Source of the DNA: Neolecta irregularis DAH-3
Taxonomy: Eukaryota
Assembly (NCBI GenBank): GCA_001929475.1
Contig: LXFE01000126.1
Coordinates: 1 to 64,000 of the forward strand
Reading direction: 5' to 3'
DNA length: 64,000 nucleotides
Under the pieces are notes generated by a model. That model saw only the letters and a program-made list of their open reading frames with translations, searched no databases and was not told the DNA's origin. The translations under genes and the position numbers were made by a program. This document shows, piece by piece, positions 29,009 to 43,181 of this stretch (its first letter is position 1; every line of letters begins with the position of its first letter).

Positions 29009-31514
29009 TTAGGATTGGTGAAATTTGTGGCCGTTTGCAGAGGCACAACTGGAAAGGATATACCCAGTATAATCATAGGCACGCTCGCCGTATTCCGTCT
29101 CGACGTAGGGCATGGTTTGGGTGAGATAATCGACCAGCTGTATGGGAACAAAAGCTTGATGAAGGTCAAGTTCCGTGATGTATGGCTAAATATTCAGATT
29201 CAGTTAGCTTGGAAACGTACTTTGTGATCGGCTGCTTCTCTAAACGATTGGCAGACTTGTTCGGGCGTATTTTGGTCCTCGGTAAGTTCAACCTTTGACA
29301 TGAGTATGAAGCCGCTGCCCCAGGGTAGAATCATACCATAAATCGAATGAACTGCTCAAATCGTACAACGCCAGTTCCAGTACTTACACGATTAAATAAT
29401 CTTTCCTGTTCATCGATTTCGTGGATGACACCAAAGCTAGCCAAAGCTGCGTTGAACTCATGACTCTGAAGAACGTTGGAATGGTCTTTGTCAAAATGTC
29501 GAAAGACTGACTCGAATTCTTCAAGCTGAGCCGGAGTAAGATTTGTCATATCCCGAGCTACAATCTGCCATATTAATATGTGAAAAGATTGGTGCTGCTA
29601 CCTGGTTTTCAATGAATGCAAGCTTTTTTGCTACAGAATCCATCGCCAAGTCGAACTCATATGCCAGATCATCGAAAGAATATATGGTATAGTCATTCTC
29701 CTCGATATTTGCAGAGATGCATTCTTTCTCCAGCTTCTCAAGTAATAACAAGTCATTGTTTAGAGGATCTAATCCAGCTTTAACCCGTTGCATATGGAGT
29801 AGTTGGTCCTGGTTGTAAGCACATGAAATAAATGCAGTCTCCCTACCTCAAGTTCTCCTTCCAAGGTTGTTATCTCCAGTGTAACAGTTCCCAATCTTAG
29901 CGAGAATTCATTTGCCTTATCTGCAAAGGATCTACGTAATTTTTCCTTAACCCTATTAATCAGCCCGGCTGTGATACAAGTTAATTTGCTCTCGAATTTT
30001 GCCATTTATGTCCTTTGATCTATTAGCTTCTGCCGCTAGCAATTCCTTCCACGCGGTCTCTAAATCACCCAGTTCAAGCCCAGGCGGTGGCCAATAAGGT
30101 TTCAAGCCATAAGTCTTAATTTTGACTTGAATATTCCCAAAAAGCGATTCTACGTCAGTCTTTTCGGCTGACCAGGATCGTTTTTCTGTCTTTTTATATT
30201 CGGCAAATTCATATGACTGCCGTTTGGCGTCTGCGTAGGTGCCATCAAAGAGAGATGCGTGCCAAGTATTTTGAACATCCATGAGACAATCAAGCAACTA
30301 AAAGTTATCAATTGGTATACACATGAGGTGAATGCCTCTGCAACACGTTGCTCATAATCTGTTTTCATTTCCCATGCAGACAGAAGCATCTGAGCAAATC
30401 TTTCCACGCGTCTTCCTGCTGTCTGGTGCTGGTCTTCCATTAATCTGATTCTTGAATGAGAATAATTACCCATAGCTGAAAAGGCATGAAAATATTCAGC
30501 AATGTAGGTCATGACAGACCGCTCATCAGGTTTTTGTACGTCACAAAGATCTTCAACGTCTAGGAGTTGCTAAAAGTCTCAGATGGGTGCGGATAAAGCA
30601 TGAATACAGGAATATCAAGATGTTCAGCTGCTAATTGCATAGCCATGGCTGTATTTTCTTTCCTTTTCGAATGATCGAGGCTGTTGTAATCAATTAAATC
30701 TGGACGATATCGATTGATAATAGCACATCTAATGTCAGTTTGTATATTCTATTCTTTCGCATGCAAGGCAAGGCCATCAGTCCAACTGTAAAAGTTAGCT
30801 TATCCGCAATCTCATAACATACCTTGTCGTAAAGTCTATGACATCGACACCAGGATAACCCGCTGTTTTCCTTTGACACCATAGCAGCAATCCAGCCTTT
30901 GCTGAAACACCTTCCTCGCTGAATAAATTAATAAAGCTGAATGCCCTAAAGTCTTTACTTGATATCGGCAATTGTGAATCGTAAAATCAGAGTCCAAATA
31001 AGCCCAAGTATAATTTTAAGGTTCCCATCAATAATATCTTTGCGTTTGAGATGTTTTACATGGGAGAATCGATGATACCTTCGGCACCGATATTGGTCAG
31101 TGGGAATCCTTGGTTTTTGATATAATCCAGTGCTGAATTAACATTCTCTGCCTTCTGCACACGCAATCGAGGCGCCCGATTATACCGCCCAAGAGATTCC
31201 CCGCCGATTACTTCCTACGTGAACGATAAGCTCAGTTGTCTTTGAAAAGAAGAGATGATTGATACACACAAGTAACTGAATTAATCGAATTCCATCGGAC
31301 AAGTCGTATTTTAGGTTTTCAGCTGGTGTTATTTTGCGAGAAGACAATTTTGTATTGACCCTATACTTTTCAGTTAAACTGGAGTCATATTTGAAATATG
31401 GGGTATTTGTTCATACCACTTTGAGAAGGTTTTATGTTGCGTATCCTGCCATTCTAGGTCTCCTCCAACCAAACGAGCGCTCTCCAGAGTACTTCTTGGG
31501 CGTATCTGTTCCAT
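29009..31514 (-). CDS. ain1: Alpha-actinin-like protein (2 CH domains, spectrin repeats, EF hands)
   Basis: Motifs WQDTQHKTFSKW, ENVNSALDYI, LGLIWTLILRFTIADI, DGLALCAIINRYRPDLIDY, KPDERSVMTYIAEYFHAF and EFESVFRHFDKDHSN. Confidence 0.93.
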
Positions 31515-32327
31515 AATGATGGGAAAGTATAAAAGTGGTGCTGACGAACCTCGATCGTTCCGTTTTGATAGCGATCAAATGGTGAGGAACACCTCAATTG
31601 ATAGAAACCCACAAAAAGAAATTATGAAATATCAGCATTATAATAGAAGGAATTCTTAGATATGAGCAATGTAACAAACCGACCCCAGTCAGTGTTGGGA
31701 TTATCATTATCGTTCGTTCTCAACGGAAAGAACAAAACCTCGCCTGGTGAATTTCCAAAAAGTTGCATCGACCTATTTTTATTTACTAGCAGAAACAAAC
31801 GATAATATCTCGAGTTCATACAGCAGACCCTTGAATCAATGCAAACATTTCATAGAACTAGAGCCTATTTTTAAACCATTGTTATTTTAACCCACCTTAT
31901 GCTACCTGAACGGCATGTAACACATTGTAGAGCTTTGCAGACTTGGATGACTTGGATAAAACGAGAAAAAAATGATGGTTAGATTCCTTTGCTGGATGAA
32001 TAGAGCATTATTCACCGGTCCTACAAGCATGCACCAACAGGTCTACGTAATTATAGGAGACAGAAATAGCCGCATCGGTTATAGAAACCTAGACTTTGAC
32101 CAAAGGAAAAGCCAAAAAAGAGACCCCTTTAAAATATCCTCCAAAAGATTACAATATCATTTTCGTACCACAAGCAACGAGATTTCTCGTACAATGTAAA
32201 TAAATTCCAAACACAAACAATAAAGGCAGCATGATTTAAAACTCTGATTATGATGCACAGAGTCCAATATGATAGACCCTTGCAACGCCTCTTATCATTT
32301 TCCTGCGAATGAGGCTGATAAAATTCT

Positions 32328-35300
32328 TCATTCTGAATTGTGCGATGGTTCAGCGAGTGGTGGATGTTCGTTTTCTTCAAGATATCCCAATGTAGCAAGA
32401 ACTTCTGTTTGTTTTTCGGCTTCAGCTTCCGCTTCAGCGCGATCCTGTTCAGTCATCAGATTTTCGTCAGGACTCTCAAAGGTATCAGTAGTAATGATTC
32501 CTCGAACATGATCAGAGATTCTAGAAATATCATTGAGTTGATGCAAAAAGGGAACGAACTCGGACAAGGCTTCGATAAGAACTGTATCTCTATGTGCTTC
32601 CGGCGGTAAATCAAATTGAACCGCCGGTGATTCCTCGGGCGGGGCACGGAAGCAATCACGTAATGTTTCGCGATCGACATTTCTTTTTGGATTCTTCTTG
32701 TCAACGACACGACTAGATAAACCGAGTTTGTGAATATTTTTGCCAAAGAGACGCTCCTCAAATGTACCAATTGTATGTAGCCGATACACGCAGACGGGTT
32801 TCATTTGTCCCAGGCGGTAAGCACGGCCAACAGCTTGTTCGTCGAATTGCGGGTTGAATGTGAGATCAAAGAGGACAACCCGAGCCGCTCCTTGTATATT
32901 AAGACCAGCGGATCCTGCCTTGGCAGAGATGAGATAAGCAGTGGTATCATCAGAATTGAAATGACGAGTCTGCTGTTGTCGCAGTGTCATTCGCGTTTTC
33001 CCATCCAGTCGAACAGATGTGATTCCCTCTACTCTGAGAGCATTTTGGATGTAATCTACAGAATGTGTGCATTAATGACAGCAGTACAAGAAGCATACCG
33101 ATAGTCTCTAAGCTATGCGAAAATACCAGTGCTTTCTCCTTCACTTTTTGGCAGGCTTTGAGTATGGAGACAAGCGCTATGCATTTAACTCCATGTTCCC
33201 GAGCCGTGATATCTAAGATTAGATTTCATACATAACGAGTACATGCCAGATACATGATCCTGAAGTGCGCGGGCCCATTCATAGTCTGAAGACGGTGGAG
33301 CGCTCACAATGCCCAAATCTCGTAATTTTTCTCCAAGATCCTCAAATTCGCCAGGCTCGGTACAATGAGGACTCTCTGTCACTGGTCCACATCCACCATC
33401 TTGGTTATTCTGAAGTTGCTCTCGATCCCTTTGATGTTTTTCCAATGCTCGGCTATCTCTCCGATTGAGGGCTTGCTACCCATTACTGCTATCGGAACAT
33501 GAATCATACCATGAAACATACTGGATGGCTGCAAATCAACTGCAAATCATTCATACGAGCCAAGAGACCCAATGAGGAACCTTTTGTGTGTACGTCGATA
33601 TATTCCGAATAAGCCTTGATGTTTAGCAAGAACGAATAGAATCATTAGAACCAAAAGATAGTCGTACTGAACAGGTCTCAGAGCAAGTTTAATAATAAAC
33701 TCGTATTTTGATGGCATATCATAACTGATGGCCTTGATATCCCGCCTAATAAGTTAAAAGTATTCAGTGAGCTAACGTGAAATATTCGTACCTATGCACT
33801 TTGCTTTCGATAATCTTTCCTAGTTGGTGCAAACGCTTTTGACTCAACTGAATTAGTAAATTACCATTTGGCCAAAGTCCAACTCACCAAAATCTCTGCG
33901 GGAGTGCTGTCAGTGAACAGACCCTCAACAACTGGAATGATTGTGTTTGCATTGAATTCTTTGTAATTTCCAAGGAAATTCTTGTCTATCCAGTCTATCA
34001 TATAGTAGTATTCTTTCTGAAGATTAAATAATGAATATGACATGCTTGAGAGTACCAGGCTGTTTGATAGAGGAGATCCAGTTAAGGCAATCCTACGACG
34101 AGTATCAAACATGTCAGCAAAACCACGCAATTTAGTCTCATCAATGAATCATTTGCACCAATATGAAACATACCTTTTCGTTCTTCAAAACATGAGCTTC
34201 ATCAGCAACAACGAGGGAAGGACCGGGGTTGATTAGTGTTCTGTGTATCTCAGCATATTGCTCTTCGCTGTACGGTGCTGCTCTTCCATTAGACCCCTTA
34301 TTGATCATAAGATTGCGAAAGGCTTGATAGCCCATGAGTAGAACGCCACCATTGGTATCCCATTCAGTGAGCATTTGCACTGGTACATGTTGTGAATCTA
34401 GAGTTAGTGCATATAATATACGTCACTTGCTGAATATATTTACGGGGCCCAAAACCTCGTCTCTGAGATGCTCAGGCGTCCACTGGTAGAATTCTTCTAG
34501 CCAATTCTGGCAAAGTGCTGGTGGACACAGAATAAGAAATTTTCGACGCAGCTTTGTTGGGAGAGCCCGATTTGAGACATAAATCGCCTCTGCAAGGGTG
34601 TAGAGAAATGCGATAACCTGCAATGTTTTACCTGAAATCAATGCTTGATCACCGAGTAGCGCCTTACCGAGACCCATTGTATGAGCTAAGAGACATCCAC
34701 GTTGCCGTTTGGAGAGAAAAACCTGTTTCCAGATGAATTGGATACCTTGGACCTGTAGGATATGTCAACCTTGCCTGTGTGCTTTGAAGGAGCGAAGCGA
34801 ACCTGGTGCTCTTTTAAATTCCGGGAGATGTATGGATTAACTTCGATATTGCCCTCACCTTCCTTATGACCAAGCTATCACTTAATATGGAGCTTGTTTG
34901 TAGACCAAACGTTGATAATACAAGAACCACCGTTTGCTTTGCCAAGTTGAGCCTTCTCCCGGGCATTCATGACTTCAAGCTCTCTTTGAAGTTCTGTCCT
35001 GGCACTCTGGCCAGCCTGATCAATGGCGACTTTTCGATGTTTTTTCCTGCGTGGTCTATCGTTCTTAGATATATCCATTTGACGGGCTGAGCATTCTGCC
35101 GAAGATGCCTCTCGTAAATATTTGTTGCTACTACCAATCAGCTGCCACACCGAGTAATAGCAATACATTTTATCGTTCCTTTTCCTCTTACATTTCTTCT
35201 GACTGAGGTGTTCCATTAAACCCAGGTCAGTTGCAGCTTTCGGAATAGTTTCGTAAAGTAATTGAAACTTTAAAAGATCCTGAATCAGTGCGATGTCGTT

Positions 35301-38126
35301 GGCAGAGAAAGCTTCCTTGTTCGTACACCGTGGGGGAAGGACAAAAGTAGTATGCAAACTGAGGAGAAAATTGTAATTCTTTCGTGTTTCACTGAAATGG
35401 TTAGAGATCCTACAGGAGATTGACGCACTCGTCTAAATCTACCAAAGGTGCTTTGCCACCACGAGGACGTTTCTCCATCCTGGATCGCGCGATATTGACA
35501 AGAACACTGAAAGCATCTGTATGCCGAATTAAATGAATGTGACATAGTGTAGTCTTACATACTTTGAACACCTGTTTGTTTCAACAATCCCAGGAGACCT
35601 TGGACCCGCTTAGGGTGTGTTGACAAGAAGGTGTCTTTGCATATTCCGCACAAACGATCCTCCGCTGATGAAGTCTGATTGTCCTGATCTTCGTCTGAAT
35701 CCAAGATCACGATGACTTCCTTATCCAGAGGAGATCTCGGCAAGTATTGTATGGGTAGTTCTACTACATCATCATCATCATCTGAAATGCTGATGACTCC
35801 ACTGGAAGCTTGACGTGTCTCAGTTTGCCTATCATTCTTCACTTCTTTGAGCACCCTTCTTGTTGTTCGAATTTTCGGCGAGTGGTGAATAGATCCGATA
35901 GATCTTTTAACGTCTCCTTCTGGAGTCTTCGTGGACCGGGTTGATTTAACGTCGTTGTCATTTGAAAAATCTGATTCCTGAACTGGAATGGAATTCGGCT
36001 CCCCATGGATTATATCTTCCTCTGTTTTGTGAATGTCTTTTGAGCCAGAAACCACTTTACCATCTTGTTTACCAAGAAGGTACGTGTTCTGTACAGAATG
36101 AACAGCAACATTCTTCGCCATCACTGTAGGAGGGGATTGTACTTCCAGAGAGTCATCAGTAGTTTCAGACTCTGTGCTCCGCATATGGGTAATATGCTCC
36201 ACTGATACAATGTCTTGAATTTGCTCCTCATCAGCTACTAGAGGAAGCTGGTAATCTTCAATAAGATCGTTATCAGAATCTTCCTCATCTTCGATAATAA
36301 AACCTTCCAAATCGAAGTCGTCGCTATCCTCGTCTTCATCTCTATCATCGAGATTATTTTCATCGCCTTCTTCAGTTGAAGTGGTTTTGTTATTTGCTTT
36401 CAGTTTCGATTTAACCCTGGCTGGCTCTCCGTTATGAATTACTTCAAGGGCCCATTTGGCAAATAAAATCTGGTCGACTAAAGTGTGAAAGGAAGAGCAT
36501 ATCCTTTTAACTTCGAAGGATGTGGACCATTCCTGACTCAAAATTTCTTCGACTACCCGAACAAACGATTTCTGTAGTTTAACGAGCTCAACTTCCCGAG
36601 CATTTTGATAAAACAGACGGATATTCTTTGAGCGAGTTTTCATCCAGAGACTATGCGCTTTACACAAGAACTTCGGCAACTGCTTTTCCTTCCATTTCTC
36701 TTCATATGACGAGCGCTCTAGGGTTATGATTTCGTCGACTTGTTCTTCGGAAAGCTTTTTCACTGATCTTGAAATTCCTGACTTTTTTTCATTCTCTGCT
36801 GCTTCTATTTTCATTTCTCGTTCAGTAATTGAATCCACTGCACTGTCGAGAGCATCAAAATCAACTTCAGTATCATCGTCCATATCTTCCCACTTGAGCA
36901 AGTCGTCATACTCCATTTGTTTGTTTATAATAAGCGGCAAGGCATCGGGAACACGTATTCTCGAGCCGATCAACTGTAGAGAAGTTAATTGTTCTGGAGG
37001 AATATTAAGCCGATCAATGCTGGTTTGAAACACTAATATTATTAGACACTCTGGAACGACATTGAATATTGTACCATTGACTTGATCTTCCACCTGATCA
37101 AAGACTTTAACAAACATAGGCGCAGGTGGTTTCACGTACCTACGGCTATACGGTGATATAACCACTCGACGATTACCTCGACAAGTATATTCTATTCTCG
37201 TGCCAAGTGGACTTTGAAGAAAGCTTTTCATGAATTTCTGTACACCCAGCTTGCAGCCGAGATTTGTTGGAAGACCTCGAATCATGTCATTATGCGTAAG
37301 AGCTTGATCATCCGTTTTGAGGTCCTGGAAGAAGACCTGATCGAGTGGAAACGCCCGAGATTCATAGAAAAAGTTGGGCTTTGGTTTGGAGATATGCCGT
37401 TTATTATTTTTATCATGGATCTGTGAAGAAGTCATGAAATTTGTGCTCAAAGACATACTCAGATGTTTATCATTGACATTATCGAAACTGACCGGTTGAT
37501 GATGGACAACTGGGCGCAATAATCCATCATTGTCCAATTCCTGAAAATGACCTGCAAGTCTGTCTGTTGGGATTGGAGAGCAATTTCCTTCGACGCGATC
37601 AGTTCCATCCTGATTTATCGAAGCAGGCGATAGATATCCGCCAGTCCAAATCTTTAAAGAAGGTTGGTTATTATCGTCTTGAAGAGCCTCGCCGCTTGTG
37701 TCATACAATGTTACCAGAGAAATTTCAGGAATTGTCAAATGTCTGGTGGGATATGTCTTGACATTGAATTGCTCAACAGAAGGAAGCGGCGAACATGAAA
37801 AGACCGCATGTTCAAGGTACTGCGCTGGTTAAATTAGTCTTGAAAAACAATTCTTTCGTTGTGTACTGCTCTTGGAACGCAATTGAGAAATTTCATTCTC
37901 CAATTTTACTCTTTCGCCGAATTTCAAAATGTTTTCACAGAGGGTAGAAAAATCGCCAATCAGCAGGACCTGTCCGTCGATATACTCATCTGTATTTTCA
38001 GTATATCGATATAAGGTAACTATACGAACCGATAAATATTTTTGCTCTCTTCTGACCCCAAGGAAATGTAATCTGCAGCCATTTCGCAACGATTTCGCAG
38101 TTCCAGTTCCAGGGATCATCGTCCAT
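32328..38126 (-). CDS. Large SNF2-family ATPase (ATRX/ARIP4-like) with N-terminal SAM-like segment
   Basis: N-terminus MDDDPWNWNCEIVAKWL. Helicase motifs GCLLAHTMGLGKTLQVI, VVADEAH, LTGSPLSN, KALVFSHS and AGSAGLNIQGAARVVLFD..FNPQFDEQAVGRAYRLGQ. Confidence 0.88.
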
Positions 38127-38296
38127 TTCACTGATCCGCAATGTTTTCTGGTCTATCCTAAAAGAGATGGTATGTAAAATATAAACGGAGCTGGTATTTT
38201 GGTGTGTAGATGGTTTAATGAAGCGTGTACAAATAATTGATTATTCAGCAACCGGCATAAACAAGCTTCCCAAGCGGGCAATTTTTTTTACTCCAG

Positions 38297-39960
38297 ATGA
38301 CAACCTCCACAGAATCTATGAAAGATCTCGATACGCTGGTTGACTCCTTTCTGGACTATGCCTTGTCTCATGGATTGACTGTTCGTCCTGGATCTTTCGA
38401 AAATCCGCGGAAGACTTTCGGAGAGCATGCTCCAATTACGTTGTTTCCTTCGAAATTCCCTGCAACCGCTTTCGAGGAAGCATGCCAGATCCAGGAGCTA
38501 TACAACGAGTTGTACGCGGCTATTTCGCGGGACGAAGATTGGCTTGGGAGTGTCATGAACGAGTAAATGACACTGAAATCCAGGCTGATGGAATTTCTAG
38601 GTTGGCAAAAGTGGATACCTTTGTTGGTCGTCTGTGGAAGCTTCATAAAGAAGTCAAAGACGAGGGAATAACACAGGTTTTACTATCTCTGACGAAAATT
38701 AACTCCGCATAGCCGTTATCGCTCGGTTTATTTCGATCAGACTACATTCTACACGTTTCTTCGCCTTCGGAACTTCAATCTCCGGTTATCAAACAGGTTG
38801 AATTCAATACGGTTGCGGCATCTTTTGCTGGGCTGGCAACTAAAGTTGCCGAAGCACATGCGTACTCGGCTATGCCGTCTGTCACTTGCTAATGCTGACA
38901 TTCATGCTCCAACAGCTATTTCCAACGATCCGGTTCGTATGAGCCTATTGTCAGTATCCCTGCATCTTCTATAGCAGAAAATCACGCTTTGGACGGGCTG
39001 GCCACTGGATTAGCCAAAGCCCATCAGGCTTACGGGGTCTCCGACGCCAAGATCTTGTTTGTCGTTCAACACGACGAGCGAAATATCTTTGATCAGAGGT
39101 GGCTTGAATACAGGCTCTTTGAAAAGTTTTCCGATTTTTGTCTTGGCAAGTCAACTGATCATCGAGGTTCCAAATAAGATGCTTTCGGAGAACGTTTGCT
39201 GAATTAGAAACGTCTGTTTCAATGGAAGAAAAGACTCGAAAACTGCTTCTTGAGGCTTCTCCAACTTTGCAAGAAATTTCAGTCGTATATTTGCGTGCTG
39301 GTTATGGGCCAGACGATTATAGCACCGAACAAGACTGGCAAACACGAGCTTTATTGGAACGCAGTCACGCGATCAAGTGCCCTTCGATAGCCACGCAGTT
39401 GGCTGGGACTAAGAAAGTCCAGCAGGTTCTGGCGAAGGAAGGGATCGTGGAAAGGTACAAACTCAATCACGTTTGATATAGGGCCGATCTAAACCAGGTT
39501 CATCAAATCAAGAACAGCTGTCAAACGCCTATGTGACACTTTTGCAGGGTTGTATCCGCTAGACGACTCTTTTTCTGGAATACGTGGCCGGGAGCTGGCC
39601 TTTGCCTGTCCCGAATTCCATGTTCTCAAACCACAGCGCGAGGGCGGCGGCAACAATGTTTATCGACGATCCATTCCCGAGTTTCTCCAGCGTCTTCCAC
39701 AGGCGCAGTGGTCGGCGTATATTCTCATGGAGCTGATCAGCGCCCCAGTTTCAGAAAACACCCTGCTGCGCAACGGCGTGCCGGTGCACATGGCGGTTAT
39801 CGACGAGATTGGCATCTACGGCGCGGTGCTGTGGAACACGCAAGAAACAGTCTGGAACAGCGGCTGCTGCGGGTATTTGGTCAGAACCAAAAGCACGGAC
39901 AGCCAAGAAGGCGGTGTTGCAGCGGGCTATGGCTGCTTGTCCTCGCTCCAGAGGGTTTGA
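38297..39960 (+). CDS. GSH2: Glutathione synthetase
   Basis: Motifs HAPITLFPS, LGLFRSDY, KQVEFNT, ERNIFDQR, YLRAGYGP, QLAGTKKVQQ, LKPQREGGGNN and EGGVAAGYG. Confidence 0.95.
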
Positions 39961-40239
39961 TGGGCGGAAGTTCTGTTTAAGCCCGGTAACCTATCAGCTT
40001 GCAGGTGGTAAGGATGGATCTCAGCAGCTGTAGTTTCATGTCAAAACGCTCTTTCGCGAAAGAATATTTTTCCCATGCCACTTGTTCACTTGCTATAACT
40101 GGGGCTCCCGGGCTCATGACGCAAACATCTACCTAGGGGCGTTCTATCTTCGATCCCCAGAATGACGCTACCAACAGGTTCAACTGAGCCGGACGGTCAG
40201 GCGATATCGTCGTCTATTTAAAATTATGGAGATTCCCAC

Positions 40240-40752
40240 TTGACAGCTAGTTACATAATGGTCTACAAGGAAAATAAAAGGTCTTCAGCCCGTCCGGACC
40301 CGCCTCCCTCTTCTTGTAGATCGAATCCATTCACCTTTGCGGATCAAAATGATATTAGCAATGTCTTTTCAAACGAACATTTCAGCTCTTCTACAGGCTC
40401 GCTGCCGTTGCCCCCGTGGATGAGAACCGAGCAGCAGCCGCAGCCCGAGTCCCAAACACAAAGTTCTCAAAGTACGCAGCAGCTTTTGTTCTCAAAGCTG
40501 ATCGTCATACAGCACACGAAACCAGGCATAGCAGAGTCGCTTCATCCTCACGTTCTCCTAATGACAGAACCTACCAGTAAGATAGCCTGCTCACTGGATG
40601 TGTCAATACTAATGTCGGAATGGGCAACGATTCGAACGAATCCCAACTCACTGTTGAGCGAAACGTCAATGACCCGCCCGATCAAAGCGCTAGATAATGA
40701 CAAAGGACCAGAAGCCTTTCGAAATTCACACCATCTCGGCTTGCGGAATTAG
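40240..40752 (+). other. Unassigned 170-codon open frame, possible exon of an orphan gene
   Basis: Long S/P/Q-rich open frame in an otherwise unexplained 1.1-kb gap between GSH2 and MID1. No recognisable motif. Confidence 0.25.
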
Positions 40753-41092
40753 TCATCGTATCGGTGTTCCAACGGGAACAGTATATCTTGCTGTTTTCTC
40801 CTCGTTCTAGTTAGGTCGTATCGCAGTGATCTCTGAACTCGTCTTCTCTGCTCCGTTTATCCCTAGACCATATGTTGTATACAGTCTCTGGGTGTTGATA
40901 GCATCGCCTTGTTTCTAGTGTAATAATGAATAGCCCTCCCTGTATCTCTGTCTCCTGATGCCTAGCCTTTAAACTCACCACCATATGAGAAACTCCACTA
41001 TCGAATCCTATTTTTTGTAGCAACGAAATCTCAGGCATTCATCCGCCAAACGCCGGTATAGATTTCCACCTTTGTCAATTGATGCCTGGTCG

Positions 41093-42717
41093 ATGTCGCT
41101 AGTGCACTCATTCAAGTTTCGCCGGCGAAAGCCTTTATTGCTTTATGGGTTCCCTTTATTCTTCACTTTGCTATCTTTGGTGTCTGCGACATCAGCAGCC
41201 TTCTCAGAAAACATATTCCACTCGAATGCATTGGTCCAGAGAGCAGCAGACAACTCAACATTGAAGTTGACAGATAATTCGCCCAGTCGACTACAGGTCT
41301 CTCCGAATACAACACAAAATTGGTCATTTTCCCCAGACTTTTCAGTCGATCGACTGTATATAACCTTTAATACATGCTCACAACCTTTTCAAAACTCGAT
41401 CAACGGTTCAGCCGCCAACCCTCCGTCCCTAAAGCTATATGTCTCGACGTTATCCGATAATTCCCTCCCGGGTCCTGACTCCTCTTTGGCTCAATCGGCC
41501 GCAGACGCTGTACTCGGATTTGCAAATTTCACTCTCCTTAATGTCGGTAGCACGGTTTTCCTTGGAGTATATGCACCGGAACTGGGTTCTAATTGGCAGG
41601 GAGGTTGGTATTATGAAATCGCCGCGTCGAGTCAAGGTAGGATTATCGAAACGGTGTTTTTTGACATTATAGCACCAATTCATGCCTTTTCTCCTGGTCA
41701 AATGTTATTCCTAACTGATACCGACTCAGTCTCTGCGTTGCTGACATCACAAAACTACACAAACGCCGAGCCAATCCCTTATGATATCTATGCCAATCCC
41801 TTGTCTGACAACGCCATCCTCCCAACTCTCTCAAATTCTTACTGCGCACTTCTCACGAATCCAAGCCTAATCAAAGATGCCAACGTGGAAAGGAGTATGA
41901 CGACTCGTGGACTCGGTCATCTTCCAAAAGAACAGTTTTTATTATCAGGCCTCAATGCGTCGACAGAATACTCACTATATCTCAGTCTGCCGAATAATAA
42001 AAATGATGTGAATAGCGGTGGAACAGTCTTCTCCCCATTACTCTTTAAAACAAAAAAATGTATTGTCAACTCTCGACATTGCTAAGTATTTTAGTTGACA
42101 ATTGTCAGATTATCTACAATCTCGACTTTTGCAGCGAAGTAGCCTACGCAGTTCCTGCAAATCCGTTTCGTTATTCTAGAGATGCATTGAAACAAGAATA
42201 CGATTCATACGCTTCGAGTCTCTTCCAGAATTTCACCTATTCCTTGCAAATAATCCCTTGCCAAGCAAATGGGGAGAGTTTGTACTCTCTAGTGCGAAAT
42301 TGCACGGACTGTTCCACAGCTTATAAAAAATGGCTTTGTGCGACTACAATTCCAATGTGCGCCGACGTAACGGACGACGATCATGGACTGACAGCTCGTC
42401 CCGTGAACACAAGTCGAGTGCCTCAAATCGACTCACTTATCCAACCTGGTGCATACAAAGAAGTCAAGCCTTGTATTGGACATTGTTGGGAGCTAGTTCA
42501 AAGCTGTCCCGTCCAACTGAATTTTCAATGTCCTACAAAATACGGCCTCGACATCGCGTATGGAGATATGGAAACTGGATGTAATGAACTTGGCGTGCAG
42601 CCTTTCGTTTTGAATTCGGCGAATAGTATTTTTGTTCGATGGTGGACCGTTTTGGCATTAATCGTAATTTTGCATTCTATTGTTGCTTTATCAAGCAGCG
42701 TTGTCTTTCCTTCGTGA
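41093..42717 (+). CDS. MID1: Mid1/Yam8 stretch-activated Ca2+ channel subunit
   Basis: Signal-anchor, LYITFNTCSQP, TDTDSVSALL and SNSYCAL. Cys-rich C-terminus NCQIIYNLDFCSEVAYAVP, YSLVRNCTDCSTAYKKWLCATTIPMC and YKEVKPCIGHCWELVQSCP. Confidence 0.92.
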
Positions 42718-43181
42718 TTTTCCTTTTTTGTTTTCGTTTTGTACATGCTTGTCACTCGTTTAGCTACATTTCAAGCACGGCGTATGCGGAACTAATAAAA
42801 TAGACCAAACAGTAGAATGAGCCGAATGCCTATGATCTTTTGTCACTATCACAGAACTTCCCAGACGAATGGCCTTAGCAAAGTACTGTGAAATACATTC
42901 ACTCTCACATGTCCAGGGGAGGACCGATGGTAATTGTTTACTATCTCACAATTACAAACAGTCGTATACTAGAGGAATGCGGGTGCAATACCATTCACTC
43001 GCAACCTTGGACTTCGGTCTGTATACTTGAAGTATACAGCACTTCATGGTCTAATACGATTTACTTGAATCCTCCGGCGAGGGTGGTCTCGATATTCAAT
43101 GAATAGTCATTACCAATGCATTAGACTAGCCCGTAATTACCCTTGTTCTCTAACCCCCCTCATACAAATATTATTCCCCTG

